64,000 nt of DNA from Macrostomum lignano (taxonomy: Eukaryota): assembly GCA_002269645.1 (NCBI GenBank), contig NIVC01003152.1, positions 52,354 to 116,353 on the forward strand, written 5' to 3'. Every line of letters starts with the position of its first letter. The first letter of the stretch is position 1. Positions 45,985-57,652 of the stretch are shown one piece after another. Below the pieces are notes generated by a model that had not been told where the DNA came from, searched no databases, and was given only the letters and a program-made list of their open reading frames with translations. Position numbers and translations under genes: made by a program.

Positions 45985-47660
45985 TTACTCTTCCGCCGGA
46001 AAATCTGAATCCATCGAAGCCGATCTCAGCGGATTGTACGAACCGGGAGGTTGCGAACGGCTCATATTGATAATAGTCCGACTGAACGTCTTGCGAGCCT
46101 GTCGATACTTAAAGTACATGTGGTGCAGCACGAACAGCAGGCAGGCCAGGAGGCACAGCAGGCCAGGTATGGCCAAACTGAACAGAGTGGCCTGTGTGGC
46201 CAGGCTTGGCATAATGCCAGGCGGGATAAACAATGTCACAATGTTGACGAGAATTGCCAGAGTCAGAACCCAGGAGAAAATTGCGATTGTTGCTTTGCTC
46301 ACGTGACCGACGACCTTGGAATGGTGCAGGAATTGAGGGTGATTCGTTCCAGGGTTTTTTGTAACAATCCAGCTATACTTATATCTAACACTACATCTGA
46401 ATTAAGACGGGGTCAATTGACCTTCGAGACTTGAAGTAAAGATCATGTACTCACATTCATAACCGGCTCCCATTCCTTCCTGGAGAACTTCGAGATCAAC
46501 CTAAGTTCACCTTCGGCTTCGCTTTTAGTCATTGGCAGATCCGAATCCTCTTCAACAATGTTGAGCGGCGAGTTGGCTCGCTGCCAACGGATGCTCAGGT
46601 GCGAATCAAGCAGCACCATCAGAGCCATCGCTATGACGTTAACGTACATCAATAGGGCCGCTATCCTCTGCAAGGTCAGCTGGTAGCCTTGCGGTGGCGT
46701 CTGCAATTTATTAGCGTAACTTGCTTGATTTCACTTGCCTCACAAAAAGGCTTGACGTGAAAATAAGTATGAGCAAATAAAATGAATTGCTAATCTAGCC
46801 AAACATCATGGATGAAGGAATAGAATGAATTGCTAATCTAACCAACATCATGAATGAAGGAACAGAATGGATTGCTAATCTAGCCAAACATCATGAATGA
46901 AGGAACAGAATGGATTGCTAATCTAGCCAACATCATGAATGAAGGAACAGAATGGATTGCTAATCTAGCCAAACATCATGGATGAAGGAATAGAATGGAT
47001 TGCTAGTCTAGCCATCAACATCATCATGGATGAAGGAATAGAATGGATTGCTAATCTAGCCAAACATCATGGATGAAGGAATAGAATGGATTGCTAGTCT
47101 AGCCATCAACATCATCATAGATGAAGGAATAGAATGGATTGCTAATCTAGCCAAACATCATGAATGAAGGAACAGAATGGATTGCTAATCTAGCCAACAT
47201 CATGAATGAAGGAACAGAATGGATTGCTAATCTAGCCATCAACACCATGAATGAAGGAACAGAATGGATTGCTAATCTAGCCATCAACATCATGAATGAA
47301 GGAACAGAATGGATTGCTAATCTAGCCAAACAGGCTCAAACACAAAGCAACACAGCCATACCTCAGAATTAGTCTCAGTCCTATGCAGTACAACCAGGCA
47401 TCCAATGTGCACCAGCAGACCAATGCAAAAGTACACTGTAGTCCAGTGCCGTCTCACAAAACTTCTCATAGTCTCCTCTGCAAGGGAGTTATCGATTGTG
47501 AAAACTGGCTGATCATCCGGCATTTTTCGGTAGCTTGAAAGGTTCCGTAGTACTTTTATAATATGTTGGCTACGAGCTAATAAATCTTTGAGTCGTCCAG
47601 CTCCGATGACGAGTTGACAAGCAAATTTTAACGATACAAAATTCTTTTTAATCAAACAGT
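45985..47660 (-). CDS. Uncharacterised multi-pass membrane protein, last three exons 47660-47362, 46700-46455, 46314-45985; N-terminus not resolved
   Basis: Canonical AG/GT sites with phase-0 junctions (GAG|GTATGG, AAT|GTGAGT) join three ORFs carrying about four hydrophobic segments and a polar C-tail. Confidence 0.65.
46783..47330 (+). repeat. 42-bp dispersed minisatellite, array 3 (intronic)
   Basis: Same unit; starts ATGAATTGCTAATCTAGCC. Confidence 0.92.
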
Positions 47661-47736
47661 CTATGGCTAACTTTGAAGTGTCGATCCTGCATGTGTTTAG
47701 TCAGACTTTAGACTTCAGCGAGTCAGAACCACAGAA

Positions 47737-47788
<52 letters not shown>

Positions 47789-48356
47789 CACACACACGGG
47801 AATTATCCACTTTAACCTTTCTTTGCATCGAAATTTTTATCAGTTAAAAATTGCACCTATAACGACGTTGTATAGTAACGTTGCTTAGAATTTCCAAGTT
47901 AAAATAGCGGGGCAAGGAGAGAGAGAAAGTGCCCATAGTGTGCTATTTTTAGGATGTCATCATGTGCAATAATCGTATGTAATTTTAGCCACATTAAATA
48001 TAGTTTCAACCGACCCAGAAAATATCTAGAGGACATCCGCTGAAGTTAATCTTGTGAGGATAAAAAACGATAACGATTCTGTATAATCATGTCATCATAA
48101 TTTTTTTAAATAATAAAAATTGAGACATCCTCTGCTACCCTCTCTCTACCTGTCTATTAAAGATATTATTATTAAGCTGAAACGTAATTGGCTGTTCCAA
48201 AAATAGCATCGCTGTATTTTTGTTGCAATTCGTTCTGTTCCTGGAAAATTCGTCGGCTTATAGTTATGGCTATAATAAAGGTGAAACGATGCAACGATTT
48301 AGAAGCAAAGTAACTTTCCAGCTCTGGTAGTTTCAGTTTACTAAAGAAGCCCCAAA

Positions 48357-48764
48357 ATGTTCTTCAATCACTTGACGTTGCCTCGCATCAGTTTGCTGCT
48401 GCCGCTTCTGCTTCTAGTAGCAAAGGAATCTGGAGCCGACAGCGATCTCAGATCTGAACTGCTGCGCCTGGTCACGCAGTCCTGTCCGCACCTGTCAGCG
48501 GCCGAGCCTCAGCAACTGATCTACCGATTCTCTGGACCGAAATCCAGTTTGAGCAGGTTTGACTGCGGCTCCAAGGACTCGGCGGGTCCGCCTCGCTGCA
48601 TGTCAACACCGGACGCGGCCAGGTGCCAAATCCAGACTGACTCAGCCGGCGTCGCGTGGGCTTTTCAACACCTGGGCGACTGCGCCGGACTGCAGGTGTT
48701 TCAACGGGTTGTCATGGTTACCACCTCGGACGGTGCGACCTGCCCAAAAACTGTCGGATTTTAA
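48357..48764 (+). CDS. Single-exon small secreted protein, 135 aa, 6 Cys
   Basis: ATG in AAAATG context, signal-peptide-like LPRISLLLPLLLLVAKESGA|DS, GC-rich coding-like composition against AT-rich flanks, TATAATAAA about 85 nt upstream. Confidence 0.62.
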   Translation: MFFNHLTLPRISLLLPLLLLVAKESGADSDLRSELLRLVTQSCPHLSAAEPQQLIYRFSGPKSSLSRFDCGSKDSAGPPRCMSTPDAARCQIQTDSAGVAWAFQHLGDCAGLQVFQRVVMVTTSDGATCPKTVGF

Positions 48765-49269
48765 AAAAAGTTTTAACTTGAAATAAAAAACTAACTAACT
48801 CGTACAAATAACTTTTGCTTGTGTGCACCTGTTATCTGAGTTCTGCCTGCCCCTCTCTCCACATGGCAACTGATTAAAAAAGCCAAAACTATAAGAGCTT
48901 TTCTCTTCACTAGCTTAAAAACTTCACTTTCTTGTCCACTGCTACAGTTTCTTTCTGTTTAGCATGTCTGAAAGTCAGGGTAAGTTCGTCGCTTTGTTTA
49001 ATTTCTCTAATCTAAAATTATACAGCATTCTTCAGATTTAATATTATAATATTGTAAAAAAAATTAATACGTAAATTTTTTGCTGCATTACAATTTATTG
49101 TTCAACTGATTATTAATACTAACTGTTGAGTTTTATATTTGTAAATGAAAAGGAATGGAGTCGGTAGAAAATATGTAAAGTGTCGCTAGAAGTGTCTGTC
49201 GAGGTGTCTCTGAAAGGTTTTCAAGGCTTTGAAAAGCTTTCATTGTCAATGAAAGGGTTAATAGATGCA

Positions 49270-50636
49270 TCGGTCGATGTGTCGCTAGATGTGTCGTTAG
49301 ATGTGTCGGTAGATGTGTTGGTAGATGTGTCGCTAGATGTGTCGTTAGATGTGTCGGTAGATGTGTCGGTAGATGTGTCGGTTGATGTGTCGGTAGATGT
49401 GTCGGTACATGTGTCGGTTGATGTGTCGGTAGATGTGCCCGTAGATGTGTCGGTAGATGTGTCGGTAGATGTGCCCGTAGATGTGTCGGTTGATGTGTCG
49501 GTAGATGTGTCGGTTGATGTGTCGGTAGATGTGTCGGTAGATGTGTCGTTAGATGTGTCGGTAGATGTGTCGGTAGATGTGTCGTTAGATGTGTTGGTAG
49601 ATGTGTCGGTAGATGTGTTGGTAGATGTGTCGTTAGATGTGTCGGTAGATGTGTCGCTAGATGTGTCGGTAGATGTGTCGGTAGATGTGTCGCTAGATGT
49701 GTCGTTAGATGTGTCGGTAGACGTGTCGGTAGATGTGTCGCTAGATGTGTCGTTAGATGTGTCGGTAGATGTGTCGGTAGATGTGTCGCTAGATGTGTCG
49801 TTAGATGTGTCGGTAGATGTGTCGGTAGATGTGTCGGTAGATGTGTCGTTAGATGTGTTGGTAGATGTGTCGGTAGATGTGTTGGTAGATGTGTCGTTAG
49901 ATGTGTCGGTAGATGTGTCGCTAGATGTGTCGGTAGATGTGTCGGTAGATGTGTCGCTAGATGTGTCGTTAGATGTGTCGGTAGACGTGTCGGTAGATGT
50001 GTCGCTAGATGTGTCGTTAGATGTGTCGGTAGATGTGTCGGTAGATGTGTCGGTAGATGTGTCGTTAGATGTGTTGGTAGATGTGTCGGTAGATGTGTCG
50101 GTTGATGTGTCGGTAGATGTGTCGGTAGATGTGCCCGTAGATGTGTCGGTAGATGTGTCGGTAGATGTGCCCGTAGATGTGTCGGTTGATGTGTCGGTAG
50201 ATGTGTCGGTTGATGTGTCGGTAGATGTGTCGGTAGATGTGTCGTTAGATGTGTCGGTAGATGTGTCGGTAGATGTGTCGTTAGATGTGTTGGTAGATGT
50301 GTCGGTAGATGTGTTGGTAGATGTGTCGTTAGATGTGTCGGTAGATGTGTCGCTAGATGTGTCGGTAGATGTGTCGGTAGATGTGTCGCTAGATGTGTCG
50401 TTAGATGTGTCGGTAGATGTGTCGGTAGATGTGTCGGTAGATGTGTCGTTAGATGTGTCGGTAGATGTGTCGGTAGATGTGTCGGTAGATGTGTCGTTAG
50501 ATGTGTTGGTAGATGTGTCGGTAGATGTGTCGTTAGATGTGTCGGTAGATGTGTCGGTAGATGTGTCGGTAGATGTGTCGTTAGATGTGTCGGTAGATGT
50601 GTCGGTAGATGTGTCGGTAGATGTGTCGGTAGATGT
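49270..50636 (+). repeat. 12-bp minisatellite (over 100 copies) in intron 1 of the SDR gene
   Basis: GTAGATGTGTCG units; explains the 495/502-aa low-complexity ORFs. Confidence 0.96.
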
Positions 50637-51684
50637 ACCATGGTACCGGCATAAGTGTCGGTGGTAGCATCAGCAAAACTGGACGCATAAATTTGTTACA
50701 AGCTCAGCATCGCAATAATTTAGTCAGCTGACTGCATCCTCCCAGGCTTAGTTTTACTGACTGGAGCAACCGGCTTTATTGGCAGCCACGTTGCCAAGCT
50801 GTTGCTGGGCGATGGATACAGCTTGCGAGTGACCGCGCGAAATTTGACTTCCAATCAAAACGTCAAGGTAATTTTTCTTGTGAAATATAGATCAGAGTAT
50901 TGGATTATGGAAATTTCGCTCAGCGACGTTCGCGCATAAGTTTATATAGCTATTTATAGATTAATCTGGAAATGAAATTAGAGCCTAAACCCCTTTAATG
51001 TTTAGAAATAGCATTTGAGGTAAGAAAAGAAATGTTTATTTTGGATGGTGTAGCTCGTAAGATACTCAGAGCCTTTCTGAAAATATGTTTCGGAAAAAAC
51101 ACAGAAGGACCACCGTACATTGTCGCTAGAGACCCGTTCTATAAGACACACTATAGCGAGAATGTACAGTGTTGCAGTTGTACATTGTCCCTACACTTTG
51201 GTTATCCATGGCCATTAAGTTGGGAATGATCTGGGAAAGAAGAATCTACCAGCCAGCATCGATGTGACACTTAAGGTCAAATATCGTAGACGCTTATCAT
51301 CTACTATTTTGACTGTAATCAATACTAGGTGAGCCAGCTCAAAGCTGCTTTGTCCGAGTATCCGAGCGATAGAATCGAGTTTGTCGAAGCCGACCTGCTA
51401 GACCAGACCGTCAGCTGGACGCAGTTAGTCAGCGGCTGTCAGTACGTTGTCCACGTGGCCAGCAGTTTGCCAGAGAGGGTGCCGAAAACTCAAGCCGAGG
51501 CCGATGTCACCCTGCGGACAGCCATCGGCGGCACCAGAGCCATCATTGAAGCCGTGGCCGCTACAAAATCTGTCAAAAAGCTGGTTGTAACATCCTCGGT
51601 AGCCAGCATTGCAGGTTTGTTTTTTGACCTCTAACTTTTTACGAGAAGGTATTAACTACGAGCGTAGATAAGAAGTAGAGTAGG

Positions 51685-52008
51685 GACGTTAGAGTCGGCA
51701 ACAGGGACCTTAGACTCTGTTGCAGTGACGTTAGAGTCGGCAACAGGGACCTTAGACTCTGTTGCAGTTACGTTAGAGTCGGCAACAGGGACCTTAGACT
51801 CTGTTGCAGTGACGTTAGACTCGGCAACAGGGACCTTAGACTCAGTGACGTTAGACTCGGAAACAGGGACCTTAGACTCAGTGATGTTAGACTCGGCAAC
51901 AGGGACCTTAGACTCTGTTGCAGTGACGTTAGACTCTGTTGCAGTGACGTTAGACTCGGCAACAGGGACGTTACACTCTGTTGCAGTGACGTTAGACTCG
52001 GCAACAGT
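51685..52008 (+). repeat. ~42-bp intronic tandem repeat with internal inverted repeat
   Basis: GTGACGTTAGACTCGGCAACAGGGACCTTAGACTCTGTTGCA (GCAACAG / CTGTTGC). Confidence 0.88.
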
Positions 52009-53841
52009 GGAACCATAGCATAATTCTATCGAACAAGTATCTATATGCTGTTGGAATTCATTAAAGCATTTGTCCGAACTACATATAACGCCCCACCGCA
52101 GGCATCATGGGTACCAGAGGCCGGATCTATGACGAGACGGTCTGGTTCGACACCAACAACAGGCCGCTCGGACTGACTTACGAAACCAGCAAAACCCTGG
52201 CCGAGAAAGAGGCCTGGCGATTGTTCAAGGATATTAAGAGTAAAAGCTGCGATAACTTCTAATGTTCTCTGTATGACTGCCTGTGCATGTATGATAGCAC
52301 ATGCTGCCTGAACACTTGGCCCGCGTTGTTTATATTATAACATCCTGTTCCCCTGCGCAAGTATGCCTCACTTGCATTATTTTCGCAAACTTGTTAAAAC
52401 AAAATTGCATTAGTCATTGTGTCCTGCCCGCATATCTCTGCCACTAGAACGCCACGCCCGTAATTTGTTTATATGATTTTGAATTCTAAACTAGCTACAA
52501 TAACTATCAGCATATACGTGACTTTAAAACGTTGGGAAATTATAATTTCAGAAAGAAATCATTTGTTCACAAAAATGATGCGATATACGAGCTAGAATTT
52601 AAAATTTATAAGTTCTATCGACTGAACAGACATTGATTGACCCCTAATCAAACACTTTCGCTAGAAGTACGGTTAGGCTGTTAGACTAAAAGGTTTTTTG
52701 TATTGGTAGGTTGCTAAGAACGCTATAAAGAGACGCCGTCAATTTAAGCTTATAAAGGTGAATTTCCGACGTCTACGACTGTACATGACGATGATGATAT
52801 CTAATGCGATATTCAAGGAAAAACACGCATCTTCGATAGTGAGGCTCTGTAATATGTGTATGCTGTGCTCAAACTACTTTAAGCCTAATTTTTAACTCCT
52901 CGATTCCTCGTTGAAAATCAACAGCGTTGAGCAAGCACCCAGAAAGTGAATAGGCAACTCAGAGTGCAGTTTTCTATTTCTATTCAGAGATTAATGGATT
53001 AAGTATTTATCAAGAGAATCGCCCCGCAGACCCGCACTTCAGTTTGGTGTGCATCAACCCAGGCGTGGTCATTGGGCCGCTGCTCGCCCAGAGCACCTAC
53101 AGCACTCAGATCGGCGCCGGATATGCTTTTCCGGCTGATTGGCTACTTCCGGTCGGACGTCACCCAACTACTGTTCGGTCTGGGCTGCGAGACTGTCTAC
53201 GACAATTCTAAGGTACAAGTTAAGACAATATTAAATGGCCAATTCAATTTGTTCAAGTGGTTGCCTGTTAAGTCTGTTTTTGAGCAAGAGACACCTCAGA
53301 TATGAAAACGGAAAGCGGCACTGAAAGATAGATAAATAGATACATAGATAAACAAATAAATAAATAAATAAATAAATAAATACATACATACATACATAAA
53401 TAGATAGATAGATAGATAGATAGATAGGTAGATAGTAGATAGCGAGAAAGAGCGAGCGAAGCGAGCTCTTTCGAGCTTGCTTGCCGCAGCCAATCAAGCT
53501 GAAAGCACGCACAAAAGATCACCGGAAACGATTAAGGCAGCTGGAAAGCCAATGGGCGCGGTAAGCGCTTTTATCCAGAGGAACTACCTGCTGGAACCAG
53601 CCATGCCGAACAAAAATCAGACTACTCAAGTAGTGCAAAAGAGTGCGAGCAACTACCGAGAAATCTAATTTTCGTAACCGCAAGTGGTTGCAAGTGGTTC
53701 AAGTGGTTGCCTGTTAAGTCTGTTTTTGAGCAAGGGACACCTCAGATATGAAAGCGGAAAGCGGCACTGAAAGATAGATAAATAGATACATAGATAAACA
53801 AATAAATAAATAAATAAATAAATACATACATACATACATAA

Positions 53842-54113
<272 letters not shown>

Positions 54114-54660
54114 ATGTAGATGTAGATGTTGGATTTTTTAGTGTTTATAAAGGCCAGTTTGTCTCAAAAAGTAGTTATCTATAAACTTAGGCCTTCATGC
54201 TTGTATACATGTAGCTACTCTGACTTTTTTTGCTTCAGATGCGCGAGCTGCTCCGAGTGCAGCCGATGGACCTGACCCAGAGCGTCCTGGACACCGCTCA
54301 CAGTTTAATCCGACACGGTCACGCTGCCTTGACGCCGCAGTACGCTGCCAAATATCCCGAAGCGGAGGGTCTTTCAGCGAATCGTTATTGACTTTTATTG
54401 CTTCAATACGACTAAGAAGATTATACTCAAAGATTGCCACTATTGATTTTGAATTTTAGCGTACCAACCAACGCAGACGGTCGATTCAAAAAGCACAATA
54501 TATGCGACAAGTTAGTCAGCATAAAGCTTCTATGCCTGAGTGGTCGTAACGCCCACACAATAAGTTTATTTAGTTTTCAGTCAGTGCTTTTATGCTTGAA
54601 AATCATTCAAGTCTATGTGATGCGAGGCCAACACGGAGCGATGCGTCAAACTAGTCGGAA

Positions 54661-55493
54661 TCAGTCGCGCGGCCTGCGACCGTGAGGCCTAAACAGCGGC
54701 CCAAACGGACGCTTCTTGCGATCCGAATCCGGGTGAGGCGGGTGCCTGGGCCGGAACAGGGCGCCGAAAGGGCGCTTGCTCAGGTGGCGCGGCCGGCACA
54801 CCCAGCGACAGCCGGCATCGTCTGGCTCGTCTTCCGGGCTGGAACGTTTTTTTTCGGAGGAAATTGTGCCAATTATGGCTGTGAGGCGTGGACATTTCGT
54901 AGGTACAATGGCACGAATTTGAGCCACGAGGGCCAACTCCCAAGGCACAGAGAGTGTACATGCTGTGTATGAGTGCGTGCCTGTGTACAGTGTGTGCTCA
55001 GGAGTCAGCGGAATAGGTAGAATTGCTTCAGAACTGGATGTGAGACCATGTGCTCCGGAATGAGCACAATCCTACTGCGAGCATTATTATTGTACGCATT
55101 ATTATTAGGGCTGACACAACGATGCATCGAGAAAGAAAGAATCTATGTAAACTAGCACAACGGATGTTATCTACAGATTGCATGTGCACACAAAGACACC
55201 TCAGAATAGAATACATTAACCTTTAATTTCAAAGGTTCCATTGGTCGAGTACGCCTATTTAGTAGCAAATCCATTCTAAAAAAAGCTTTTACCCTTCAGC
55301 CATTTCGTCCCAATCAGGATCTGAAATTGCAGGAAAATTATGCATTCAATGATTGGAGTCTTTAAAAATTAACTAAAAAACGTGACTGCAATGCGACTGT
55401 ACGGAGGCACTCACGAGAGCCAGCTTCAACAGACCCGCAGTTAGCCCAGCACGCCAGCAGGCCAAGCAGAAGCAGGGTCCAAGCGAAACGCAT
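54661..55493 (-). CDS. Two-exon neuropeptide/secreted-peptide prohormone-like gene, 98 aa; exons 55493-55415 and 54878-54661
   Basis: Exon 1 MRFAWTLLLLGLLACWANCGSVEAGS with C|GTGAGT (phase 1); acceptor CACAG|CC is phase-matched. Exon 2 has KKR, KR, RKKR and GRR sites flanking two PFG(A/P)LFRP paracopies. TATAAAA at 55611-55605 and AATAAA at 54570-54565. Confidence 0.78.
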
Positions 55494-57244
55494 TCTCAGT
55501 GTCGCTGAAAAATTCTTCTATTTTCTCTTCCTGGTTCTCGACTCCTTCCGTTGCGAGTTTGAGTTATCCTACCGGATCGACTCAGACTGCAGGAGCTGCC
55601 TCCATTTTATAGTTGAGCTCAAGTTCCGGAATTGGACGCCAACAAGCCTTCCAGTTTCCAATCGGGTGTTTACAGCTTGAAGATTAGCCCATGCCATGGT
55701 CCTTGGTGGCTGGGAAAGAAAGAAATCGGCAAGTTAACACACAGAAAGCCAAGGCTTAGTAGACTCAAGCGGAGGTCGGAAGCGGGATTCCGGTCGTCTA
55801 TTTTGGAGCCGCAAATTAACAAGGAATTAGGGAGCTTAGGCCATTGCTGATCAGCCAAAGCAAGCCCTGGCACTGTCAGGATACAGTCAGCCAGTATATC
55901 CCCACTCTGGGAAGCAATTTTCTTTTGTGTCTCACCCCTCATCCGTCAATTTCTTGTCAGGAATTATTCTGCGCCTTGCCTGGTCCAAGTTGGGGAGCGG
56001 CTACATGCATTTTATCGCGCCCTCTGGGCTGCATCACGCAAAATCCAGTTAGATTGGAAAAAAAACTTGAGAGAAAATGGGCTGCTTACCACAAATGTCT
56101 TTAAAAATAACTTCAATTCGATCGTTACGAAAGTAATGAAATGCATTCTAAATTACAGCTGCATCGTATGTCGTTATACATATATACGTTATTTATATTG
56201 ATTCGTATATAAAAATGTTTTAGCTCCGAGTTATATAGTTACTTATGTCCCACCATGGAGGCATATATACAGATAGTGATGAAGCAATAGAGTGCCAGAC
56301 CACAATTTATACAGAAACTGCAGTAAGTCATATTACGGCCAAAACGTTCTCTGCAGGAAATCTGCGGCCCAAGTTTGCCTATATTTGCCTAATTCGCCTC
56401 GTAGTAGCCTTGAGTAATGATGTCGAAGCGTTGAATAAGTGAGCGTACAGCATGGACAGTCTCAAAACATAGCGCGCACTGTACACAGCTAGGCATTGTA
56501 CTAGGAATTTTGCAAGCCTCCTATGCTTCTAAAAGAAAGAGATAAATGCGCTGTACACCTAGCAAAAAGTGGAACTTTGCTTCTTTTAATGTCACAATAT
56601 ATTTGAGAGGACCGTATTTTAATTCGACAGACCTTGCTACTTCAAGTAGGGCTAATAGAATGTTAACTGCCGAAGTATTTTTAGTTCAATAGCATACATT
56701 CGTTAATTTGCTCCAAAATTTTAATTACTCCACATTAAAAGCATGTGGCAAAAAAGCGTTTGTGTTATCTATTTTTAAAGTTCACTCGGTTTTTTGATTC
56801 AAGATTCAGAGCTGGAGACACGGAATTGCGCAGAAGACAAAAAGATCATTTCGTTGTCAAGGAGATCCAAACAGCGAATAAACAAAATAATTTTGCATAG
56901 CAAGTTAAGCAAAAATTCAAGGCAACATGCTTTCTCGAGCTTATCTGGTCCACAGCCACCGACAGAAGCATTTTCGCATTTTAGAGCGGAGTGCGAAATT
57001 ATCCGTACGAAGTAAAATATTCAGTACGAGCTAATGGCTACGCTCAAAAAAGAAAGAGATTTGACTGTTCGATCTTATCGTTGGATCGGGTCAGCAAGAT
57101 ATTTACATATAAAGGGACAGTGAAGAGCTGAGCGCAGCTTGACCGAGACACTCTTCTGACACACCAGCTATATTTGAACTGCTGCCAGGTAAGTTAATAG
57201 GCCTTTTTACTGGACATCTAAGATCATGGAACACTATCTGTGAT

Positions 57245-57600
57245 CATAGAATTTTATCTATGACCATAGAACACTATCACTTAATTATAGAACATTGTCA
57301 CTGACCGTAGAACACTATCACTGACCATAGAACACCATTAGTAACCATAGAACACTATAACTGACCATAGAACACCATTAGTGACCATAGAACACCATTA
57401 GTGACCATAGAATACCATTAGTAACCATAGAACACCATTAGTGACCATAGAACACCATTAGTGACCATAGAACACCATTAGTGACCATAGAACACCATTA
57501 GTGGCCATAGAACACCATTAGTGACCATAGAACACCATTAGTGGCCATAGAACACCATTAGTGACCATAGAACACCATTAGTGACCATAGAACACTATCT
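57245..57600 (+). repeat. 20-bp minisatellite in the 5'-UTR intron of the SLC6 gene
   Basis: GACCATAGAACACCATTAGT units. Confidence 0.92.
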
Positions 57601-57652
57601 ATGACTATACAGCACCATAAGATGCCGCCTGTAACCGCAGGACGCCTTCAAA

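Noticed and set aside
49133-50667. 495- and 502-aa ORFs (DVSV / THLP repeats)
   Set aside because: 12-bp minisatellite inside intron 1 of the SDR gene, whose flanking exons join in phase.
51725-52018. Mucin-like TLDSATG ORF
   Set aside because: Intronic 42-bp tandem repeat between phase-matched SDR exons 3 and 4.
55048-55152. Plus-strand signal-peptide-like mini-ORF (MSTILLRALLLYALLLG..)
   Set aside because: Lies antisense within the neuropeptide intron, owes its hydrophobicity to ATT repeats, and has no convincing downstream exon.
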